Shown here: positions 8,670 through 17,428 of the stretch, piece after piece
How the letters are laid out: every line of letters starts with the position of its first letter
Numbering within the stretch: the first letter of the stretch is position 1
Origin: an uncultured Acidobacteriota bacterium
GTDB lineage: Bacteria > Acidobacteriota > Vicinamibacteria > Vicinamibacterales > 2-12-FULL-66-21
Direction of reading: 5' to 3'
Assembly: GCA_963836665.1 (NCBI GenBank)
Contig: CAWIKL010000004.1
Coordinates: 321,179 to 385,178 of the forward strand
DNA length: 64,000 bases
Program-made: the position numbers and the translations under genes
The notes under the pieces: model-generated
Seen by the model: only the letters and a program-made list of their open reading frames with translations
What the model was told of the DNA's origin: nothing
Database searches by the model: none

Positions 8670-11072
8670 CGCTGGACACCCTCGGACAGGACGTCCGTTA
8701 TGCACTCCGCGTGCTGCGCCGGTCTCCCGTCTTCACGTCAGTCGTGCTCATGACCGTGGCGCTCGGCGTCGGCGCCAACACCGCGGTGTTCGCGGTGGTC
8801 GATGCCGCGCTGCTCAAACCGCTGCCATACCCGGCGGCCGAGCGCATCGTCATTGCAGAAGATCTCGCACCGGGGACGTTCCTCGACTGGCGGGGCCAGG
8901 CGGCCAGCTTCAGCGCCCTCGCCGCACTCCGCGAGTCGGACTTCGACCTGACCGGCGGCGACCGCCCGGAACGCCTGTCGGGCGCGATCGTGACCGGGAG
9001 TTTTTTCGACGTGATGGGCGTGGCGCCGGCGCTCGGACGCACGCTCAGCGCGCTCGACGACGACAGCGGGCAACGCCCCATCGTGCTGTCGGACGCGCTG
9101 TGGCGGCGGCGCTTCGGCGCTGACGCAGGGATCGTCGGCAAGTCCATCCTCTTGAACGGCGCCGCCCACATCGTGGTCGGCGTGATGCCGGTAGGGTTCC
9201 GCTTTCCGCCAGGAGCAGCCGAGTTGTGGGTTGCGCCGCGCCACGTGGTCCCGGAGTATCCGCTGGCGCCGACGGTGGACCAGACTCAGAATCGCGGGGG
9301 CCACTATCTTGGCGTCTACGGTCGGCTCAAGCCCGGCGTCAGCGTCGCGGCCGCCGAGCGCGAGCAACGCGCCATCTTCACGCGCCTCGTGAAGCAGTAC
9401 CCCAAGGACATGATTGGCGACGACATCGACGTCGCCCTGGTGCCGTTGCGCGAATGGCTGGTCGGCGACATCACGCCAGCCCTCATGGTGCTGCTGGCCG
9501 TTGCCGGCTTGGTGTTGCTTATCGCCTGCGCGAACATTGCGAACCTCATGATGGCGAGAGCCAGCGGCCGCGCGCAGGAGATCGGGATCCGGACGGCGCT
9601 CGGTGCGGCGCGCATCCGCATCGTGCGGCAACTGTTGACCGAGAGCGTCGTCCTCGCAGTGCTCGGTGGCGCGCTCGGGCTGTTGACCGCCTGGTGGGCG
9701 CTCCCCGTACTGCAGGCGATGTCGCCAGATGACCTACAGAGCGTGCCGGCGGTCATGGACTGGACGATCGTGCTGTTCGCGCTCGGCGTGTCACTGCTGA
9801 CTGGAGTGATCTTCGGTTGTGTGCCGGCCTTGCAATTGGCGCGCGCGGGCGTTGCCGCCATGTTGAGCACGTTGAGATCGACGGGTCGCACGACGGGCGG
9901 CTCGGGAGAGCGTGTTCGTCAGGTGTTGATCGTCGGCGAATGCGCCGCGTCGGTCGTGCTGCTCGTCGCGGCCGGCCTGCTGCTGCGCAGCTTTGTGTTG
10001 CTGCGTCAGGTCGATCCCGGCTTCACCCCGTCGGGTCTGGTCACCACGCGTATCGTCCTGCCGGCGGAGCGCTATGGCACGCCGGCGTCGCAGGCGCAGT
10101 TCTTCGATCGCCTGCTCGACCGGGTCCGTTCGGCGCCCGGAGTGGCGTCGGCGGCGCTCGCCGGCCGCCTCCCGTTCGTCGGCGGCAACAGCACACGCTC
10201 CATCGATCTGGAGAAGTCGACCAGCCCCGACAAGCCCGTGGCGGGGTTCCGCGTCGTCAGCACGTCGTACTTCGACGTGGTCGAGCAACCGCTCCGGCGC
10301 GGGCGCGCGTTCACCGACCGCGACACCGCCGACGCGCCGTTCGTCGCGGTGATCAACGAGGCCATGGCGCGTAAGTACTGGGCGGGCGCCGATCCGATCG
10401 GTCAGCGATTCCGCATCGGTGACGATCCGCATTGGACGGAAATCGTCGGGATCGCGGGCAACGTGAAGCATGCCACCCTGCGGGAGCCGATGGCGCCGGA
10501 GTTCTATGTGCCGTACCGGCAGGTGCCGTGGTCATTCATGTCGCTCGTGGTCAGGACGCCGCTGGCGGCGCCGGCCGCAGCGACAACGATCGCGCACGAG
10601 TTGGCCGCGGTTGATCCCGCGTTGCCGGCGATGCCCGTGCGCGCGATGAGTGATCTCGATCTCGGTCTCGTTCTCGATGGACCGCTTCGAGATGCTCGGA
10701 CTTGGCGTGTTTGCCGCGGTCGCCCTGGCGCTGGCTGTCGTCGGCCTCTACGGCGTGATGTCGTACGTCGTGAGCCGCCGGACGCGCGAGATCGGTGTTC
10801 GCATCGCGCTCGGCGCCACGCCCTCTGCCATCCTGCATCTGGTCATGCGCGACGGCCTCCGCCTGACCGGCGTCGGGATTGCGATCGGTCTGGCCGGATC
10901 GTTCGCCGCCGCGCGCGTCATCCGCAGTTGGCTCTACGGTGTCGGCGCGTCCGATCCGCTGACGTTCGTCGCGGTCACCGCGCTGCTCGCCGCCGTCGCG
11001 ACCTTCGCCTGTTACGTGCCGGCGCGACGCGCCGTGGCGACGGATCCGACGACGGCGCTGCGCGCGGAATGA
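8666..11072 (+). pseudogene. ADOP-type duplicated FtsX/MacB-like ABC permease, reading frame broken near 10650-10680
   Basis: The N-terminus DVRYALRVLRRSPVFTSVVLMTVALGVGANTAVFAVVDAALLKPLPYP is the ADOP signature. After ..PVRAMSD the 8666 frame turns to Arg-rich nonsense. The genuine C-terminus (DRFEMLGLGVFAAVALALAVVGLYGVMSYVVSRRTREIGVRIALGA...DPTTALRAE) continues in the +1 frame (ORF 10650-11072). Confidence 0.8.
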
Positions 11073-11091
11073 CGTTACCTGTGACAACATC

Positions 11092-12036
11092 TTGGGCGTG
11101 ACCATCGACGGCCGCAGGCCGGCGATCGCCGGCCTGCCCGCCGACCGCCTGCTCACTCACACCCCTCTCGCCCCCTACTCCACGTTCAAGGTCGGCGGCC
11201 CGGCCGACTGGTTGCTGCTGGCGCGCGGCGCCGCCGACGTGCGCGCCGGGCTCGACGCGGCGCGCGCCGCGCACTTGCCCGTGACGGTTCTCGGCGGCGG
11301 TTCGAACGTGCTGATCGCCGATGCAGGTGTCCGCGGTCTGGTCATCCGGCTCCACGGGGGCGATGCCGCGCTCATCGGCGAGGGACTGATACGGGCTGAT
11401 GCGGGACTGACCATCAATGGTCTTGTCCGCTGGACGGTCAATCGCGGCATGGCCGGACTTGAAGCGTGGGCGGGGACGCCCGGGACCGTCGGCGGCGCCA
11501 TCTACGGCAATGCGCATTTCAAGGGGCGATTGATCGGCGAACGAATCGAGAGCGTGGAGGTCGTTGCCGGTGATGGGCACGCGGTTCGCATACCGGCCGC
11601 CGGCATGGAATTCGGCTACGACACGAGCCGCCTGCAGCGCACGCGCGAGGTGGTGCTGTCGGCGGATTTCAAGGCCGGTCGCGGCGATCCCGCGGCGCTC
11701 CGCGCCATCGCGCGCGAATCGCTCGGCTACCGGAAGCGCACCCAGCCGCTCGAAGCGGCCAGCGCCGGCTGCATCTTCCAGAATCCCGACCCCGCTCGCG
11801 ATCGCGTTCCCGACGGTATCCCGTGGTCGGCCGGTGCGCTCGTCGATCGCGCCGGCCTCAAGGGAGCCCGCGCGGGCGCCGCGCGGGTCTCGCCGACCCA
11901 CGGCAATTTCATTGTCAACGACGGCGGCGCCAGCGCCGGACAGATTCGCACGCTGATCGAGCGCTGTCGCGAGGCCGTTCGCGGCCAATTCGGTGTCGAA
12001 CTAAGAGACGAGATTGTCTATCTCGGAGACTTCTGA
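11092..12036 (+). CDS. murB: UDP-N-acetylenolpyruvoylglucosamine reductase
   Basis: TPLAPYSTFKVGGPADWLL, VLGGGSNVLIAD and AGCIFQNP are typical MurB motifs. Confidence 0.85.
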   Translation: MGVTIDGRRPAIAGLPADRLLTHTPLAPYSTFKVGGPADWLLLARGAADVRAGLDAARAAHLPVTVLGGGSNVLIADAGVRGLVIRLHGGDAALIGEGLIRADAGLTINGLVRWTVNRGMAGLEAWAGTPGTVGGAIYGNAHFKGRLIGERIESVEVVAGDGHAVRIPAAGMEFGYDTSRLQRTREVVLSADFKAGRGDPAALRAIARESLGYRKRTQPLEAASAGCIFQNPDPARDRVPDGIPWSAGALVDRAGLKGARAGAARVSPTHGNFIVNDGGASAGQIRTLIERCREAVRGQFGVELRDEIVYLGDF

Positions 12037-13298
12037 TGGCTAGCCTGAAGGTCATCGGCGGACGCCCGCTCTCGGGACGTATCGCCGTCGAAGGCAACAA
12101 GAACTCGGCGCTCCCGCTCATCGCCGCGTGCATGCTGACGGCTCAGCCGTGCGAGCTGACCAACGTCCCGCGTATCCGTGACGTCGACGTGCTGCTCGAC
12201 ATCCTCGTGTCGCTCGGTGCCCGCGTCGAGGGGCGCGGCACCGGCACGCTCCGCATTCAATGCCCGGAGGTGACGAGCGACCGTCCCGACGCGGCCCTGG
12301 TCGGACGGCTGCGTGGATCGGTTTTGCTGCTCGGACCGCTGCTCGCACGCCGCGGCGCCGCGCGGCTCGCGCCACCGGGAGGGGACTTCCCGACGCGGCG
12401 CACCATCGTGACCCATCTCGATGCGCTGGCCGCGCTGGGCGCCGTTCCGCTCGACGAGGGGGGCGGCCACGCGCTGCACGCGCCCGCCGGCCTGAAGGGC
12501 GCTTCGTTCTATCTCGACGAGGCGTCGGTCACCGGCACCGAGACGGCGCTCCTCGCCGCGGTCGCCGCCACCGGGCCGTCCGAGATCCGCCACGCCGCGA
12601 TGGAGCCGCACGTCGTCGAACTCTGCGAATTCCTGCAGGCGATGGGGGCGGGCATCGAAGGGGCCGGGACGTCCCGCATCCGTGTCGAGCCGCCGGCGCG
12701 CCTGACCGGGGCGTCGCATCGCCTGGCCGGCGACTACATCGAGGCCGGGAGCTGGGGCGTGGTGGCGGCGATCACCAACGGCCACATCGAGGTCACCGGC
12801 GCTCGCACGCAGGACCTCGAAGTGATCGCGGCGCCGCTGAAGCGGTTGGGCCTGGACTGCTCCTATGACGACGACACGTTGAAGGTGGGGCCCTCCACAC
12901 TGACCGCGGGGCGCCGCATCACGACCGGTTTGTGGCCGGGGTTTCCGAGCGATCTCGTCAGCCTCGTGACGGTGCTGGCCACGCAGGCCGACGGTCGCAC
13001 GCTCGTGCACGACTGGTTATATGAATTGCGCCTGTTTGCGCTGGAACAGATGAGCGCGATGCGCGCCGACCTCTTCCTCTGCGATCCGCATCGGATTATC
13101 GTCAGCGGCCCCTCGAAACTGCGCGGCCGGTCCCTCGACAGCCGCGATCTCCGGTCCGGCATGGCACTCATCGCCGCCGCGCTCGCGGCCGAAGGAGAGA
13201 GCCGCATCGCGCCGCTCGAGACGGTCGAACGGGGATATGCGTCCCTGATCGAGCGCCTGCGCTCGCTGGGCGCGCAGGTGGAAAAGCTAGGAGCCTGA
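12036..13298 (+). CDS. murA: UDP-N-acetylglucosamine 1-carboxyvinyltransferase
   Basis: ATG 12036 shares one base with the murB TGA. MASLKVIGGRPLSGRIAVEGNKNSALPLIAACMLT and the C-terminal ERGYASLIERLRSLGA match MurA. Confidence 0.9.
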   Translation: MASLKVIGGRPLSGRIAVEGNKNSALPLIAACMLTAQPCELTNVPRIRDVDVLLDILVSLGARVEGRGTGTLRIQCPEVTSDRPDAALVGRLRGSVLLLGPLLARRGAARLAPPGGDFPTRRTIVTHLDALAALGAVPLDEGGGHALHAPAGLKGASFYLDEASVTGTETALLAAVAATGPSEIRHAAMEPHVVELCEFLQAMGAGIEGAGTSRIRVEPPARLTGASHRLAGDYIEAGSWGVVAAITNGHIEVTGARTQDLEVIAAPLKRLGLDCSYDDDTLKVGPSTLTAGRRITTGLWPGFPSDLVSLVTVLATQADGRTLVHDWLYELRLFALEQMSAMRADLFLCDPHRIIVSGPSKLRGRSLDSRDLRSGMALIAAALAAEGESRIAPLETVERGYASLIERLRSLGAQVEKLGA

Positions 13299-13305
13299 GT
13301 TCCTT

Positions 13306-13336
13306 CCTCGCGAATTCGTCCTGCGTGCTCGCGAGG
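13306..13336. terminator. Hairpin between convergent murA and the secretin gene (possible bidirectional terminator)
   Basis: CCTCGCGA (13306-13313) pairs perfectly with TCGCGAGG (13329-13336), with a 15-nt loop. No clear U-tract. Confidence 0.35.
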
Positions 13337-13357
13337 TTGGTCGTTCGGAGTCTGGCG

Positions 13358-15316
13358 TTAATGGGGAGTTGGAAGTTGCGGCGTTGACAATTGACCGCCA
13401 CCGCCACCGCCTCCGCCGCCAGGTTTCTTCGGTGCGGCGGGCGGCGTAATCGGCAGCGGAACACCAGGAAGAGGTCCCTGCAGCGGCTGCGGAAACGGCG
13501 GCTGTGCGAGGGGTGCGACCGCGGGTGCCGGAGCGGCCGGGGGCGGAATGCGCCCCTGGGGGAGTGCCGGAGCCTGTAGTTCGAGATCGTCGCGCGGCGT
13601 CGTTGCGCCGCCGCCGAGCGCGTCGCCGACAGTCAAGGCGGAATCGCGCCCGAGCCGGAACGGACGCAGGTCCGCTTCATTCAGATCGAGCACGCGCACG
13701 ATATGCGGCGTCAGCGTCAGGATGATGTCGGTTTGCTGTGCTTCCTTGTGGTTGTTGGCGAACAGGTGCCCGATCAGCGGCAGATCCGTCAGCCCGGGGA
13801 CGCCGGCCAGCACGGTCCGTTCGTCGTCGCGGATGAGCCCGGCGAGCATGTTCGTCTCGCCGTCCTTCAGGCGGATCGTCGTCGAGATCTCGCGGTTGCC
13901 GAAGGTCGGCAGGCCGGCGTAGCCGCTCCCGGACACGTTGGACACCGATATCTTCAACGCCAGCGACACCTCGTCGTCATGGTGCATCCGCGGCGTGATG
14001 TCGATGTTCACGCCGATGTTCTCGTAGGTATAGGAGACGATCGGTTGTGTGTTGACGCCACCTGCGGCGATTGGCGCGAACGTCGTCTGCGGCACCGGGA
14101 TGCGGTCGCCGAAGCGCGCCGTCGCCGGGACCCCTTCCACGGCGCGCAGCTGCGGATTGGCCAGCGCACGCGTGTTGGTGTCGTTCTTCAGCAGGCGGTA
14201 GTACAAGCCCGGCACGCCCGACAAAAAAACGTCCGCCGCGGTCAGGTTCTTCAGATCGGCGAGGGTGAGCCCTGCCTTGTTGACATCGGCCGACCCGCTG
14301 ATGCCGTCGGAGCCCGGTGAGGCGATCTGCAGCCCGTATTCCTTGAGCTTCGTGCGATCGACCTCGAGCAACTCGACGTCGATGATCACTTCGGGCCGAG
14401 CCTTGTCGATCGCCTCGATCAGTTTCACCGCTGCGGCGACCCGCTCCGGCGTGTCCTTGATCGAGATCGAATTGGTACCCGTGATCGGCGAGATCTGGCG
14501 GATGTCGACGACCACGCGAAGCAGGTCGATCGCTTCCTTGACGTCGGCGTTGCTGAGGTAAATCGTCCGGATCACCGATTCTTCGTATTCGCGGCGCTTG
14601 GCCGGCGAGTCGGGAACGATCGTCACCGTGCGCGCCGCCGTGACCCGGTAGAAGGTGTGGGTGCTCGCGGTCAGCGAGGTCATCGCGTCGGGCAGAGAGG
14701 CGTTGCGCAGGTCGATACTGAGGGGCTGATCGCGGAACGCGGGATCGAAGATCACGCTCATGTTGGCGAAACGGCCGACGGCGAGGAACACTGCGCGCGC
14801 CGTGGCGCCGTTGCCGAAGACCAGGGACCCCGGCAGCTTCACGTCATCCGGCAGCTCGAGGCCCGGCACTGGTGTATCCCGCGTCCGGGCGATCAGGCTT
14901 TCCAGCTCGGTCTTGCCGCCCCGTGTCACGCTGACCTTGGCACGGAGTTTCTGCCGCACATCGTGCAGCGCCTGGTCGACGCGCATGTCGGTCGGGTTCA
15001 GCTCGGACGCGATCTGGTATTCGACGACCGCTTCTTCCAAGCGCTCCAGGCCGACAAGCCGCTGCGCGCGGTTGGTATGTTCCTGCGCCGCGCGCATTTT
15101 CATCCGCTCGAGTGAGGCGCGAGCTTCGCCGTTGGCCGGCTCCGCGCGCACCACTTTCGTGTACTCGACCACGGCGCGGTCGTAGTCCTGTGCCTGCTCG
15201 GCCTGGTGTGCCAGGTGCAGGTTGTTGGATGAGGCACATCCGGCTGCCGCCAGCGGCAGCAGCAGGATCAGCGTCCGGCACAGATCAGCGGTCGCCTGCC
15301 GTGATGACATCGACAC
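13358..15316 (-). CDS. Lipoprotein secretin (GspD/PilQ superfamily) with N-terminal TPR region and Pro-rich/Gly9 C-terminal tail
   Basis: Signal peptide plus lipobox-like LLPLAAAGC. TPR-like helices (AQDYDRAVVEYTKVVRAEPANGEA). Secretin core: LANPQLRAVEGVPATARFGDRIPVP, ENIGVNIDITPRM, ISTTIRLKDGETNMLAGLIRDDE, GVPGLTDLPLIGHLF, LTLTPHIV. Tail ends KKPGGGGGGGGGQLSTPQLPTPH. Confidence 0.8.
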   Translation of the reverse strand: MSMSSRQATADLCRTLILLLPLAAAGCASSNNLHLAHQAEQAQDYDRAVVEYTKVVRAEPANGEARASLERMKMRAAQEHTNRAQRLVGLERLEEAVVEYQIASELNPTDMRVDQALHDVRQKLRAKVSVTRGGKTELESLIARTRDTPVPGLELPDDVKLPGSLVFGNGATARAVFLAVGRFANMSVIFDPAFRDQPLSIDLRNASLPDAMTSLTASTHTFYRVTAARTVTIVPDSPAKRREYEESVIRTIYLSNADVKEAIDLLRVVVDIRQISPITGTNSISIKDTPERVAAAVKLIEAIDKARPEVIIDVELLEVDRTKLKEYGLQIASPGSDGISGSADVNKAGLTLADLKNLTAADVFLSGVPGLYYRLLKNDTNTRALANPQLRAVEGVPATARFGDRIPVPQTTFAPIAAGGVNTQPIVSYTYENIGVNIDITPRMHHDDEVSLALKISVSNVSGSGYAGLPTFGNREISTTIRLKDGETNMLAGLIRDDERTVLAGVPGLTDLPLIGHLFANNHKEAQQTDIILTLTPHIVRVLDLNEADLRPFRLGRDSALTVGDALGGGATTPRDDLELQAPALPQGRIPPPAAPAPAVAPLAQPPFPQPLQGPLPGVPLPITPPAAPKKPGGGGGGGGGQLSTPQLPTPH

Positions 15317-16007
15317 CCTTCGGAATCTTGAATTCGAACACCTTATCGGCGACGCCGGCGTTCTCGCGGTAATTGGTGAATGCGAACGTGGAACGGCCGC
15401 CTTCCTTGTCGGCTGCGGTGAGCGAACGCATCTGCAGCGTTTGGCGGTCCACGACGATGACCAACCAGTCGTAGTCGCGCTGCTTTTGCCGCGGATCGAG
15501 ACGCAGCGCCCAGGTATCAGCCGTCTCCGAAGACGTGGCGTAGGTCACGACGAAGTCACGCGTCAGGTTGCCCTTGCCGGCTAGGAACAGGACAGCGGCA
15601 GTGGCGTTGTCGTCGGCCGGCATGTCGCTCATCACGACTTGCTTGTCGGCCGGAATGTAGGAGTAGACTTTGCGGCCGTCCGACAGGAAGAGCTTCTTCT
15701 CGGGGTCGGTGTAGTCCCAGCGCATGCGGCCGGGCTTCTTGATCTGGACGCTGCCATGCTCGACCGACTTCTTCTTGAGCACGCCGCCTTCGTAAGAGTG
15801 GGTGAAGTCGGCGGTGAAATCCTTCACACGGTCGTACTGCTGCTGAACCGCGCGAGCGGTCTCAGTCGCTGCGGGACGGGCTTGAGCGAAAGGCTCAACC
15901 GTTGCGAGCAGAAGCAAAAAGGCGTGTGCGATCAAGCACTTCCGAGTGTAGCACCCCCGCGCGGGGACCGATGACCCGCAATGGCGCGCGGCTGCGCAGT
16001 TTGTCAC
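15285..16007 (-). CDS. lolA: Outer-membrane lipoprotein carrier protein LolA
   Basis: VKDFTADFTHSYEGGVLKKKSVEHGSVQIKKPGRMRWDYTDPEKKLFLSDGRKVYSYIP is a typical LolA core. GTG 16007 overlaps the upstream stop (GTGA); an alternative TTG start is at 15935. The 3' end overlaps the secretin start by 32 nt. Confidence 0.75.
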   Translation of the reverse strand: MTNCAAARHCGSSVPARGCYTRKCLIAHAFLLLLATVEPFAQARPAATETARAVQQQYDRVKDFTADFTHSYEGGVLKKKSVEHGSVQIKKPGRMRWDYTDPEKKLFLSDGRKVYSYIPADKQVVMSDMPADDNATAAVLFLAGKGNLTRDFVVTYATSSETADTWALRLDPRQKQRDYDWLVIVVDRQTLQMRSLTAADKEGGRSTFAFTNYRENAGVADKVFEFKIPKGVDVITAGDR

Positions 16008-17404
16008 AGGCCGCGCTTGCGGGCGACGAAGGCCAGGATCTCGCCAATCGGGCGCGTATTGAGGACGCTGCGCGGCTCGACCCAGCCCCGGCGTGCTGTG
16101 CCGACGCCGAGCCGCATCTGCCGATCGAGGGACCCCGCGCGATGGCAGTCGCTGTCGATGACCAGCGTCACGCCGGCGCGCACCGCGTCGCGCGCGCGCG
16201 CCCCGTCGAGGTCGAGATGCGACGGGGCACCGTCGACCTCGAGCGCCGTGCCGGTTTCAGCCGCCGCCGCGTAAATCGCGTCGTAGTCCATGTCGTAAGG
16301 CGGACGGTGGCCGATGAGCTGGTTGCCGGGATGGGTGATCACCGACACCAGCGGGTGGCGGATCGCCGCGAGGCAGCGTTCGGTCAGCCGCTTGCGGCCG
16401 TGTCCGGCCGAGTCGTGCAGCGACGCGAGCACGATGTCGAGACGCGTGAGCACGGCGTCTGGGCAGTCGAGTGTTCCGTTGGGCAGGATGTCGGCCTCGA
16501 GGCCGTGCAGGATTGTCATGCCGTGTGCGTCCTCGCGCAGCGCGTCGATCTCGTCGCGCTGCCGCGCCAGATCCGACGGCGTGACCGTGCGCGCAGCTCC
16601 CGCATGCTCTGAATGGTCGGTAATCGCGATGTACTCGTAGCCGACGGCGTGCGCCGCCATCACCATCCGCCGCAGCGAGTCGTGTCCGTCGCTGTAGCTC
16701 GTGTGCATGTGCAGATCGCCGCGCATGTCTTCGCGCTGCACCAGCCGCGGCAGCCGGCGGGTGACCGCCGCGTCGAGGGCATCTGAGCTGTCTCGCACTT
16801 GTGGTGGCAGGTAGGCGAGGCCCGCGTGCGTGTAGACCTCTGTTTCCGACGCGCTCAGCCGCACGCCGCGTCGCTTTTGCACTTCGGCGACATGCGCGGC
16901 GGGACCGGTCGTGGTAAAGACCAGCGTTCCATACTCTTCAGGTGACGCAAAACGGATGTCGATTTCGTGCCCCTGGAAGAGCACGACCAGGCGCCGGCTC
17001 GCCCGGTAGACGAGATCGCTGAAGAGCGGCAGGGCGGACACCGTCTCGACGGCCCGCGGCGGTAGCGGCGCCCGGCCGACGAGTGCCAGGCTCTTGACCA
17101 GCGGTTCGGTGCGCCGCACCGCGCCGGTCGGCTCCAGCGCCTGGACGTCCGGGCAGGCGGTCGCGATCTCTGCCAGCAGCGGATCGAGAATGTCCCACGC
17201 GCGTCCGAGCGATATCGCGCGTAGTTCTTCCGCGACCCGCGTCGCCGCCTGCTGCAGCGCCGCCGCCGACGGCCGGCCTTCGGCGATCGCCAGTTCGAGA
17301 TCCGGCAGCGTGACGATGCCGTCACGGACGAGGGCCTGCTCCTGCGCCTCGTCGACGAGACGCAGTTCCTTCAGGCGGCGCAGCAGAAACGGCAGGGCGA
17401 TCAA
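16004..17404 (-). CDS. PolX-like protein: degenerate palm/thumb region fused to a PHP phosphoesterase domain
   Basis: The C-terminal ~240 aa form a PHP domain (DLHMHTSYSDGHDS, ITDHSEH, VIDSDCH). The N-terminal part resembles PolX palm/thumb (GAVRRTEPLVKSLALVG, EIDIRFASPEEYGTLVFTTTGPAAHV), but the catalytic Asp-x-Asp position reads S-L-A. Confidence 0.75.
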   Translation of the reverse strand: MIALPFLLRRLKELRLVDEAQEQALVRDGIVTLPDLELAIAEGRPSAAALQQAATRVAEELRAISLGRAWDILDPLLAEIATACPDVQALEPTGAVRRTEPLVKSLALVGRAPLPPRAVETVSALPLFSDLVYRASRRLVVLFQGHEIDIRFASPEEYGTLVFTTTGPAAHVAEVQKRRGVRLSASETEVYTHAGLAYLPPQVRDSSDALDAAVTRRLPRLVQREDMRGDLHMHTSYSDGHDSLRRMVMAAHAVGYEYIAITDHSEHAGAARTVTPSDLARQRDEIDALREDAHGMTILHGLEADILPNGTLDCPDAVLTRLDIVLASLHDSAGHGRKRLTERCLAAIRHPLVSVITHPGNQLIGHRPPYDMDYDAIYAAAAETGTALEVDGAPSHLDLDGARARDAVRAGVTLVIDSDCHRAGSLDRQMRLGVGTARRGWVEPRSVLNTRPIGEILAFVARKRGL

Positions 17405-17428
17405 GCGCTCACGGGTGAACCGGAACGC

